A stretch of DNA of 64,000 nucleotides from Phyllobates terribilis (Eukaryota). The position numbers and the translations under genes are program-made. Positions 49,896-61,700 of this stretch are shown here, in pieces. The stretch spans positions 115,382,001 to 115,446,000 of the forward strand of contig NW_027362773.1 in the NCBI RefSeq assembly GCF_046119375.1, read 5' to 3'. Numbering within the stretch: the stretch's first letter is position 1; each line of letters opens with the position of its first letter. The notes beneath the pieces are model-generated. The model saw only the letters and a program-made list of their open reading frames with translations. It searched no databases and was not told the origin of the DNA.

Positions 49896-51674
49896 AATTC
49901 TGATGCGGATGCTGCAGCAAAATTGGCAGCGGTACTTATTTCCTTGTTTTTTGATGCAGAAATGGTGCTGTTAGGCCACACATTCCACCCTCTCCATATC
50001 AAAGGGTGACATCTGGAATGCCACTGGGAGCAGAAATTGACATGCTGAGAATTTGAAAAATGCAGCACAAGTATTCTCTGCAGCATATGCATGAGAAAAA
50101 TTGCACACAGAATGCTGCTACTGTTAAATACTGAGGATATTCTGTCTGGAAAGAAAATCTGCTGCGTATCTGCCCTGAGTGTACATTCCCTAAGACTGGA
50201 GCTCTATGGCAGCTTACTGCATGTAGTCTGATGTCATGTCCCCAAAATCGAAGGTTAGAGGCGATAATGCACAATATGCATTCTAACATTATCACAGCAT
50301 ATAAATGATATTCTGCTTTGCCAAACAGAATATGGGAATAATGACTCAGGGTTATTCATGGCCATTATTTACTGGGCTGCAATAATCTGATTTTTACCCA
50401 GGGACATGTATGTTTGCATGTAGTAGATTTTGTATATATGTTATAAAAAAAAAAACTTTATTATACCTCAATAAACTGCCTAGCCAAACCAAATTTCTAA
50501 GTCTTTGGATCCCAGTTTACATTGCAAGACTCCACCACCCACCATGGCAGCTGCTAGCGCCAAAACACGAGAACTTGCGTTCATTTATCAGATCTTGTGC
50601 TCTGACTAACCAAAGAGTCTTTACAGAACCTGCCGATCAGCAACCAAAAGTAAAATAGGCCTGTGTGCTTTTGAAATCCGAAAAAACATCGGATCGCACT
50701 CGGACCAATGTTATTCTATGGGGTTGTGCAAATTCAGATTTTTTTATCGGACTGAGCCGGTCTGAGGAAAAATCGCTGAATGGGCATATTTGATCCAATG
50801 TTTGGATCGCACTCGGCCATGCAAGTCAGTGAGTCCATGGACTAACACAATGGAGAAGATGGATACATTTTTTTCTCCATCTTCTCGTCCGAGAGAATCA
50901 GATCCCACTATGCTCACACTCTGGTCAGAGTCTGATTTTGATAATCGACCCTATTCTCTTGGATGAGGGAATACATGGTTGTCTGCACCGAGCCTAGGAT
51001 GTCTTTACAAGCAGGTTTTTGTTAATGAAAAACTAATATGCAGCCATTTTAGTTAGAAGTCAATATGTAAATATGAAACACAACATATCGAAGGCATTTT
51101 CATTGCATTTGTGCATTTCTACCATTTCTGGAGTTTTGTTTGTAAAAAAAATGCATATCAAAAATGTGTTTACAAGAAACTGCACAAAATCTACTTAAAA
51201 CTTGAAATTCAATGTTTATTTAAAGAATGAAAAAAAGGTGATGTCATTACTTCTGATGCTTGTGCAGGCCATGGAGACGTCTGTGCTGAATCTATGAGGG
51301 ATGGAGGGGTGACAACAGATGAGTATGGGAAAGTTTGTGAACAGTTTCATCAGTTTTTCTCAGATGAGAAACAAAAAAAAAGTTTTTCTACCTTCTCCTA
51401 TCAAACAGTCCATGAAAAAGAGAGCACTCGTATGGCATCACGGGTCCATAGACTTGAATTGCCAATTTTTAGCTGACGCTCAGATCAATATTGGACATGT
51501 CACCAAAATTTTGAGCAGAACGCTCAGTGCGCAGCACACAAAAACAGGTTTGTGAACAACCCCATAGACTATCATCTGTGTGTTATCTTTGAAATACACG
51601 GCTAGCACTTGTACGCAAGAAAACGGTCGTATCACTAAGTTCTTAGGGTGAGAAGCCAAACCAGAAACTCCATT

Positions 51675-51715
51675 TGCAGAAACGTGTTTCAGGGTGTTTA
51701 CCCTTCATCAGTGCA
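51675..51715 (-). ncRNA. Minimal type I hammerhead-ribozyme-like motif (degenerate stem III)
   Basis: Minus strand TGCA-CTGATGA-AGGG TAAACA CCCT-GAAA-CACGT-TTC-TGCA: core, stem II and stem I are present. Confidence 0.45.
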
Positions 51716-51756
51716 GAGCAGGAAAGCTTGTTTGGCCGGATGAAAGTGCTGTGTAA

Positions 51757-51942
51757 GGCCACATTCAGTGCTTGGTCAGTATTTTACATCAGTATTTATA
51801 AGCCAAAATCAGGAGTGGAACAATCAGAGGAAAAATATAATAGAAACAAGTCACCACTTCTGTATTTATCACCCACTCCTGGTTTTGGCTTACAAATACT
51901 GATGTAAAATACTGACCAAATACTGATAGTGGGGCCGTGGCC
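51757..51942. mobile_element. Harbinger-type MITE (family copy 2)
   Basis: TAA TSD. Same body as 42918 (gccaaaa-caggagtgg...cccactcctggttttggc). Confidence 0.85.
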
Positions 51943-52350
51943 TAAAACAGTGAACTTGTATGCAAAAATTGATGTGTGAATGAGGCCTTGGCGTTAAAAG
52001 ATATATGTATGGGTGTCTGGATCTATTTCTCTAGCTACCACCATTCATGTTCTGGAGGACTGTAAATAGGGTCACTTTTTGCTTACAGCACCATTAATTG
52101 GGGTGATTTCTTGCCTGGATCATTTTCCCCGGCTCTCTGGCACTGTATATATACAATGATGGAGGAAGCACAGCTATGGTTGCTGTCAGGGCTGATGTGG
52201 AAGCTATCATCTCGTTTAGTGTGTCCCTGTAACCTCTCCTCGTTCACTTTGCACAGACCACCGACCAGTAATCAAATCCCACCTCTCATTCAGTAAGAAC
52301 TGAAGAGGAGCTCAGAACGAGCATCTCCTCTTGGCCCACACTCCAGGGTG

Positions 52351-52430
52351 ACGCCATCTTTGTACTCTCGGCCTCAGTTACGCTTCTGCGCACGCGCTAG
52401 AAGTGATCCCGCCCACGTGGAGACGTCATC
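52351..52430 (+). promoter_or_regulatory. TMEM223 promoter motifs
   Basis: YY1 (cgccatctt, 52352), NRF1-like tgcgcacgcgc (52387), E-box CACGTG (52414), CRE-like gacgtca (52422). Confidence 0.7.
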
Positions 52431-52487
52431 ACTTCGCGCCTCCAGGGTCAGCGTTTATCAGGGAGGGGGTGGGATACTAGAATTGGC

Positions 52488-53638
52488 ATGGGTCTCCTGC
52501 GGTTGCTAGGAGACGTTCGATCGTTCTTGGTGCACAGGCCCCGAGCTGTTCTCCTCACCCGTTATTTCCAAGCAGACCCGGTGCCCCGAGACGTGCTGCT
52601 GTTCCAGCACCAGAGGCCGCGCTTCTTCCCGCTGCTGGGCGCTTTCTGTGCGGCTCAGGCCGGCTTCTGGGCATACTTGGCTCATTTCGGGTACACATCA
52701 TTGCGGGACATAAAACCGAATGACCTCGGAGAGGAGAAGGAAGTGAGAGGAGGAAGGAACATGGGCTCCCCCTTGTGGAGGACGATATTCACCGTCGGCT
52801 GCTTGTCTGTGGGTAGGTGTGCTGTGACCTCCAGGGAGAGCTGCAGCCCCCAGAGCCTGGGGAGGAGAGTCCTGCCTGTCATCTGAGGCTGTGCCGCACA
52901 GGGGTCCCCTAGTGACAAAACAAAGTGAGCTCTACTCATCTTCCCCTGGTCCAGTGCTGCTCCCGGTGTCTGTTATTGTCTGCAGAGCTGAGGTCATGTT
53001 GACAGCGCTGCAGCCAGTCACTGAGCTCATCAGCTTTTGCCATCAACTCAAGCAAAGTTGCTGAGTTCAGTTATTATCATCAACATGACCTCAGCCCTGG
53101 ACACAATAACAGACACTGGACCAGGGGAGGGTGACTAAAGTCAACTTTTTTAATTTTCTTTTTTAAAACCAAAAAATTGCAGCATTGGTGGAGGAAAGGG
53201 GTTAACCCCAAAACCCTTTAAATTGTGGTTTCTCATAGCAAAGCAGCAGATTTGAATTTTTTTTGGGAGCCACAGCATTATTGATAATAATTTGATGTGT
53301 CTTTTTTTCAATACAAACTTGCCAGAAACATCCATCTAGGTCTCTTCTCACGTGTCCGTTCCTAAAACAGAATCAGAGTTTGGTTCGAGCTTCATCAGTT
53401 TTTCTGATATGAGAAACTTTAGTTTCTTTTCCCAGTGAATTGATGACATCTGAGTGCGGTACAATTTTTTTTTTTTTTTCACTGACCTATAGACTTGCAT
53501 TGTCATTTTGATCTGACACTCAGATAAACATCAGACATGTCTTTGCAATTTGTGAAAAACCACATACACGTGAGCAGCCCCATTCACTATTATAGATACG
53601 ATAGCTATCACTGAAAAACATGGATGTAACTCGTACTC

Positions 53639-53669
<31 letters not shown>

Positions 53670-54938
53670 AATGAGCCCTAACAGTGAATGTTTCAGTTTA
53701 CATCATTAATGCATCCGATTACTCATTGCAAAATACATAAATGGAAAATCCGATCTGACACCTGACCAGAACCTTATCCAGACTCCTAAGCTGAATTTAT
53801 AAGTTCTAGAATACAAGATAGGCCTCATTAAGACAATATTTTTCACATACGAAAAATAGGAACAATTATTCTGATCAGAGTGTGGTCCAAGTGTCATCAG
53901 ATTGCCTCATATGTGGAGAAATTTAAAAAAGGTTCTCCATTCTGACAGTCTGTGAAAATAGGACCACACTGGGATGGCATCAAAATGCAGTCAAGTTTTT
54001 ATTTTTTTTCCCCACAGACCCCTTGACTTTCATTGCTGATTTTGATCCGACGTCTCCCAATATGTTCTGCGGACCACTCAGTTCAAGTGAGAAGAGAAAA
54101 AAAAAAAATCGGACATGTGAACAGCTCCATAGACTATCCTAGATCCAAGTGCTATCCAAGAAAATCACAGATGGCACTTGGATGCAAAATTGGACATCTG
54201 AATGAGGCCGTACCTAGAATATTTTCCCACAAAACTATATCAGTCTGCTGAGATCTTCCTACTTTATGGCCACACGCCTGCAGATCACAGTGTTAAATGA
54301 GAATCAGACTGAGGCCATGGCCCCACTATCAGTATTTGGTCAGTATTTTTTCTCAGGAGTGGGAGCCAAAACCAGGTGAGGAACAATCAGAGAAAAGGTG
54401 TAATAGAAACAAGTCACCAATTCTGCATTTATCACCCACTCCTGGTTTTGGCTCCCACTCCTGAGAAAAAATACTGACCGTATACTGATAATGGGGCCGT
54501 GGCCTGAGGTTAAGAGTAGGGTTTTTGAATGCATAAAATACAACTTGGAATGGACTTTCTCCCATAAAACTATCTATCTGCTCCTTGACATTGCCTGTGG
54601 GTTTGGCTGCTTTGGTAGTAACTTTGGTTTATTTCTCTTTGCTAGGTTCCCTTGTAGTAACTGCCGGGCTGCTGTTCTCCCGCCGATCTGTGAATGCTGT
54701 GACTCTACATGCCGGAGGAAACAGAGTGACCATTGCCACCGCAGGAGTGTTTGGCCTTGGCTCGTCCTTCAACATCCCCTTGAGGCACGTGTCTTGCATG
54801 GCTCACCGCTCCGAGGTTCCAGCTATGATACCCTTGAAGGTTAAAGGTCGACCTCTGTACTACTTGTTAGACAAGCAAGGACAGGTTTCCAACGCCAAGT
54901 TGTTTGATCTCACCGTGGGAGCTTATCGTACACTATGA
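52488..54938 (+). CDS. TMEM223: Transmembrane protein 223 (mitochondrial), 2 exons, 205 aa
   Basis: Exons 52488-52812 and 54646-54938 join in phase 1. Motifs RDVLLFQHQRPRFF..FWAYLAH, RRSV..VTL, PLKVKGRPLYYLLDKQG, LFDLTVGAYRTL. Confidence 0.93.
54313..54504. mobile_element. Harbinger-type MITE (family copy 3) in the TMEM223 intron
   Basis: TGA TSD. Nearly identical to the 42918 copy. Confidence 0.88.
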
Positions 54939-54967
54939 CCTTCATCCATCTCATGTATATATGTATA

Positions 54968-54973
54968 AATAAA
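54968..54973 (+). terminator. TMEM223 polyadenylation signal
   Basis: AATAAA 30 nt after the stop codon, followed by a GT-rich tract. Confidence 0.75.
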
Positions 54974-55044
54974 CTTGCTATACCCCAGTGTTGTCTTTGT
55001 GTGTGTGCAGAATGAGGAGCAACAATTACAGCATTAACGCTCAT

Positions 55045-55050
55045 TTTATT
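55045..55050 (-). terminator. Probable TAF6L polyadenylation signal
   Basis: First minus-strand AATAAA found downstream of the stop at 55705. Confidence 0.55.
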
Positions 55051-55704
55051 AATCAAACCCTAGTGCAAACGTGATAACATTTACATTGTCTGACAAACCA
55101 AATATTCCGATTAATTTGGAAAAAGGCATCACCGTGGTGTCATTTCACGTCATTAGCATAAATCAGCATTGGATACACATTCAGGTAATAGGAGCTGATG
55201 TGAAGCAGCAGTCACTATCCAGGTGACAGGGATGTGATGTCCCACTCCCTCACACTGTAAGAGCTGATGGGTGGGGGTGCTGGGTGTTAAACTCCTACCG
55301 ATCTGATATCGATGACTTGTCCTAAGGTATATGGCATAAATGTGGCTCTCAAATGCTGGTACTGCCACCTCTCTCGAGAATCGCGCTTGCAAATTCTCAC
55401 AACCATACAGGTGAATAAAGAAAGCTTTGCATGCCTATCATGGCTTCTTTTCAGCATAGATGTGGGAACAGCGTCCGTCAGACATTTATGGTGTATCCTG
55501 TGGGTAGGCTACAAATGTCCAACCTCTTTAAGATCATGTGTTTTAGTATTCATTCCAACACACCACCTATACAACCAACTGTAGTCTATTATTGCAGGCA
55601 GTGACAATCACTCAGGCAAGAAGAATGTGCTCAGGAGGACTCTGGTCTTCAAACTAGTAAGTTACTGCAGTGTTTAATGCGAAGGTCCACAAGTCCGACC
55701 TCCA

Positions 55705-58700
55705 TCACAATGGTAAATAAAGTGAAAGTTCTGCTTGCGCCCCCCTCCGTCCAGGCTTTGTCATTCTTCCAATCATTGGCAACTTTTGGGCATAGCGACT
55801 AGCTGTAGCTGTTGGGCCAGTGTGCAGCTGGAAGACACTCTGAAACCTCCGGCCATTGCCCCCACGACCTGCTTGTCTACCTCCAATAAGGAAGGTGAAG
55901 CGTGGAGACCCACGTGGTGCGAGTCTACTCCTCTGAAATGCTTCTCTCACTCCCTGTCCCCTCTGTCCCTGTCGAGAAGCTCCGCGAGGGCGTGATGAGG
56001 AGGATGCTGTTGCTAGAGGAATCTGGGGAGGACGTTGAAGCGGTCTGCCTGTGTTTGTCACTTCTTCCTCTCCATGAGCCGTTAGTTGCGGCATTTTCCG
56101 TGCCCCCTCCACTGAACACTCCTTTTTAGGCTCTTGTTGGCCTCTAGAAATCGTTCCTGGTTGCGAAGGAGTTCCTGCAGTCCCAAAGCGAACAGCTAAA
56201 CTGTCTCCGAAAAAACAATACAGCTCATTGTACATCTCGAGCAGAGACACGGTGGGGGCAGGAGGCAATGTAGAATACGAGTCGTGGGGTGAAGGACCTG
56301 CATCTTTCTCACAGTATTTCGCTTTCATTTTCAAAAGGCGTTCCACAGCCACCTAGGGGAAAAAAAAATATCGCAAAAAGTCATTATTATTCCATACCAA
56401 TATATGTGACCCCTGCTGCTCTCAGTCAAACTTGCAAGGCTATGTTTCCATCCCGTTAATGGCTTGCGTTTTATGTATATGGTTGGAAAAGCACCCAATT
56501 TAACAAACAGGTGTCATGGCTGCTCAATAGTGGATTCTGTTTATCAGATACATCATCTGAAATATACTTAACCAAATGCAATTGTATCCGATAGTGTCCC
56601 TCATCGCCTATTAAACATCCATGTCTTATAGGTATCTGTTTAATATGTCAAATTTTTTTTGAAAAGTTTACAATGTATTCATTAAGCAGATACTATACCC
56701 ATAAAATCATATAGTATCCATTTAATACTTAATTCTCAGATATATTAACATACTGGGCCAACAAAGGGCGAAATTATATAGTCCCTGGCTGGAGGTCTTG
56801 CAGACCCCCAAAGACATTTAGGTTATTAGACTAGATATTGGGGTGATAATGGCCCATCTTATCATTCGTTCAGTAGAAAAAATGCCATCAGACTGTCCAA
56901 AGGTGACAGAGCACTCATATTTTGCCTTACTGGTAAGTTGGGTGATAGCATGAAGAAAAGTTCCTTTAGTTCACTTTTGTCCACTTACCAGAATGGCTCC
57001 ATAGACCTTATGGCCGTCTGCCTTCACCTGAGCATTGGACATGGAGTGATCATCAAGCACAGTTTGCAATCCAGCCCAGTAAGTTGGGAGCAAAGGATAC
57101 AACACCTGTTCCACTGCCTGGAATAAAAAAAAAATTAACTAGTTGAAGTCCTGACTGGTTTGTAAAATATGGTTCCATCCTGATAATAGGAAGAATTCAC
57201 TAAACATCTGAAAACGTACCTTCCAGCCTAAGGCATGGAGACCAACCACCGCTCCATAATGGGAGCACAGAGGGCGGACAGGGTCTCCCAAAACTTTTTG
57301 TAGAGATTGCAAAACCTGGGTATACAGTGACCCTTCCAAATCCCGATGTGTCCTGAAAAACAAAGAATAAATCAGCAAAGTAGTCATGAATTCTCTACAG
57401 TCTAAGAGTCTATTCACACTGGGCTTACAGTGTCCACCGAAGGTATATGTGTAAAGGATTTCCTGATTTACAGTCATGGCCAAAAGTGTTGGCGACTTGA
57501 AATTGTTCCAGAAAACAAAGTATTTCTCCTAGTAACTTATTGCAGTTATACACGTTTATTTCCTTTGTGTGTATTGGAACAACACAAAAAAACGGCAAAT
57601 TGGACATAATTTTACACAAAACCCCAAAAATGGGTCAGACAAAATTATTGTCACTCTCAACTTATTATTTGGTTGCACACCCTTTGGAATTAATAACTGC
57701 AATCAATCGCTTCCTATAACCATGAACAAGCTTCTTACACCTCTCAGCTGGAATTTTGGACGACTCTTTTGAAAACTTCTTCAGGTTTCTCATATTTGAA
57801 GGTGTCTTCCCCCAACAGCAATTGTAAGATCTCTCCACAGGTGTCCAATGGGATTTAGATCCGGACTCATTGCTACAACTTCATTACTCTGCAGCACTTT
57901 GTTTCCATCCATGTCTGGGTGCTTCTTGAAGTATGTTTGGGTGATTGTTCTGCTGGAAGACCCATGACCTAAGACGCAAACCCATTTACATTTACTGCCT
58001 TTTAAGGATAGCTGCCGTTGTATGACCATGCCAGTCAATGTGCAGAACGATAAATGAAATGATCTTGTTATTATTGTATTTTCTTAGACTTTTGCTGACG
58101 TTTTCGCTTCTCCTTCCAACGTTAATATATANNNNNNNNNNNNNNNNNNNNNNNNNNNNNNNNNNNNNNNNNNNNNNNNNNNNNNNNNNNNNNNNNNNNN
58201 NNNNNNNNNNNNNNNNNNNNNNNNNNNNNNNNNNNNNNNNNNNNNNNNNNNNNNNNNNNNNNNNNNNNNNNNNNNNNNNNNNNNNNNNNNNNNNNNNNNN
58301 NNNNGGAACCAATTTTTATCTGTTGTTTTTCGTCAAGAGTCATCCGTTTTTCCGTTTTTGTTGTGTGTGAATAAAACTGATACAAGTTTACAAGATTCAT
58401 CGAAAAACAGATGCGCACAAACGGGCGAGTTTGATCTACAAAAGTTTTGAATCTTTTTTTATGTGCAGACCATGGATCAGGAAGAAAAAAAAAACAAAAC
58501 ATGTGAACAGCATCCTAGAAAATAATTTGACAGTGAAAAACTTTTCCAGCGCAGATGCGACAAAAGACGACGTGTAAATGATACGAACTGCAAATTCCAA
58601 AGGAAACACATAGGAGACAATGGAGACAGAATGCATCCAAACCTATGCTGGGTATCTGGAGTAATCAGATGCTTTGTGCCCTGTGAGCTTGCACTCATTT

Positions 58701-61700
58701 ACAGCAGCCAGCGCTGTAGTATAGAAAAATAATGGGAAAGCCTGGGCCTTGGAGGAGATCAAAGGTTGGTTAATATGTGCTCAGATTCTCAATAGACAGT
58801 GCACCGAACTCAGATTTTTGCCCAGAAAATACGACTTGGATTTAACACCAAGGATGAATGAAAGCGCACTGGAGAAGTGCAGGGTCACTGAAGATGGCCG
58901 TCTCCAAGAATCTTGCCAGATTCAAGCAAATTTGGAAACTGGCCATCTCTGATAGATTGCAAAAGTGGCCGGTAACCTAGGCAACGAGCGTTAAACAATA
59001 GAATTAAAAACGCCCTTTGTTCTTGAGAATAGTGAGCATTTTTTAGTAAAAGATCAATTGCAAAGTTGATTCTTTTTAACAAGGACTTTGTAATTTCACC
59101 CATTTATGATGCTGAGACGCATTCACTTATATATCATTTTTCAGGATCATGACAAGTACTGATCAATTTCTTGTAAAACAAACAACAAAAATAAAAAAGG
59201 TTAATTATTTCTCTTCTTCTTCCGTCCTACCATATGCAAGTGAGTAATCCTGCTCCATAATCTCGCAGAGTCCAGTGATCATTGAGGGGGTTTATGGAGG
59301 CGGCGAGCGGCTCGGTCACACAGTACAATACGCTCTGCATGAGGCTGCATCCGTAGCTGCCCAGATACAAGTAAGGATTGGACAGGAGAGACCGGACTAA
59401 TTGTAACAAGCGACTCAACTGCTCCAGATCATGACTCACTGACTTCACCTAGAAATAAAAAAGTAAAGAAGGGAAGAAAAGGTGTAAGATGGTGGAATAG
59501 AAGAGGTTAAGGTGACCGGTCACAAAGCTTGTGGTTTATCTCGGAAAATAACACACTTCCTATAATCACTGCCCCCGGATCCAGTGCAGGTCACTAGTCA
59601 CAGGCCGCTGTAGTCTATGATTGGCGGCAGTGGTCAGGTGACTTGATTAGTATCTGATCACATGCTATTCAAGTCAACAGGTCGCTGCTGCCAATCACAG
59701 GCCGCAGCAGTCCTGTGACAGGTGAACAGTGACATCACCACTACTAGTGCCATTGTAGACCACAGAGCGTCCTCTAGATCCACGGGGGTGAAAGCAAGTG
59801 AGTGTAGGAGAGTTTGTCGAATCTGGGCAACATTGTATTTAGTGCGGACAACCCCTTTAATACGAGCAGCACCTCTCATCTCTGGAAATCTGATATATAC
59901 CATTCAGACCCTGATTTATTATGTCATCATCTAAACCAGGCCAATACAATACAGTATTAGGGTCTGTACACACTAAGTATTTGCAACAGTAATTTCTGCA
60001 CCAGTTCTGCATCTGTTGGCAGGAAAACCGCTGCTTAAAGTAGGTGCGTTTTTTAATGCATTTTTTACATGTGTTTTTTGGTGCAGATTTTTCACCATTC
60101 ATTAGTTTGGGTGAAATCTTCAGCAAAAAATTGTCATGCTGCAGGTTTAAATCTGCAAGGAAAAATAAGCAACAGGTGCATGAGACTTCTCACTCTGCTG
60201 GCACTAGGAAATCCTTCAGGTTTTGTGACAAATCTGTGCATAAATAAATGCAAATCTGCAATGTGTGCACAGACCCTTAAACTGCTGTACATTTTGTAAG
60301 TCATTTAATCTGAATGATATAAACAAGACATGAAATGACTGCCAAGATTCTCCATTTAAATGTGTAAAGTTTCCTTTTTTTCACATTTTGTTTTTAGCAT
60401 GCTTGAAAAAAACCCAAAAAACTGTACAATAAAAGATATGTGCACATAGGTCAAAACTGCAAAAGATTTTATGGATAGAAAGTCAACAATAAAGCAGAAG
60501 GAGGTTTACAAAGAGTCATCCACGTGCTGCAAATGGGAGCAAAGCGCTAGAAGAAAAACAAGTCCGACACCGGGAACAACGAGAAGGTCCTCATTCACAT
60601 TAGATTGTCATTGGGTCCCGTTAACATCAGTTGAAAATGATCTAATGTGTATAACCAGAAGGATGACATTGGTAATGATATACTCACCCCACTCACAACG
60701 TACACAAAATATGGCAACAACGCTCCAATCTTTGAATTGGTCTGTAAATCTTGAAGTGCCACCTAGAAAAAATTAGGATAACAAAAAAAAGTAAATTCCT
60801 AATATACTGATGTGTTGGGTTGGGGGTGTTGGGTACATGGTAAAGAGACCTTCATAAGGTGCAGGTCATCTCCTAGCACTGCCCTGGTCACACGCTGGTA
60901 ATATTTCAGCAGGTCATCTGTTAGCATCGAGACTGCGGCCGGAACTGGAAGAAGAATATATGAAAAAAATCAACATCCGAAAAAGTTTATGGAGAGTGAT
61001 CAGTATGTAACATGTGAACACCTACCAGTCCCCTGTGGCTCCAGGTTTCCTTTACTGTCCAGATAAGATACATGAACTGGAGGAAGCAAAGATAATTTAG
61101 CAAAATCCGGCAACAAACAAAACTTTGCTGAAGCAGGAGAAGTCGGCCTCTTACCTCTTACGGCGGTCTCCGCGGTTCCTTTGGGAATGTTCGTGGCTAA
61201 CGCCAGTTCCACCAAATTTATTTCACGGTCTTCGGCGCAATGACAGTCGCTATCTCGAACACTGCGGAACGAAACTGGGTCTGGGGATCCGTGACCATAT
61301 ATCGGCTAAAAGTTAAAAGCGACATCCTGCATAGTCTCAAAATCATCAGATGAGTCCAGCATTGTCTTTCATGATTGTGACCAAGCCGACATCCTGATCA
61401 CCCATATATCAGACAGATCGCAATATAGCCAACAATAATAAATGGCAGTATGCAGGAAAAAGGAAACACAAAATAACCCTCTAACAGCAAAAATAAAATC
61501 AAACTCTTCCCAAACAAGCAATTTTTTTATTTTTTTGGTCTCTCGTTTTTTTCTTGTAAGAGCCATAACTTTCTTATTTTTCCGTCAAGATCGCTGTATG
61601 AGCGTTTGCTCATTGCGCAACAAGAAGAAGTTTTTACAACAACATTATTGTGATCTGGAACTTATTTGTTTTTTCTATCGATTGACCTGTATGATGACTT

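Noticed and set aside
46100-52400. U2 snRNA or SNHG1 snoRNAs expected from human synteny
   Set aside because: No U2 sequence or C/D box pairs seen. The interval is TE-derived.
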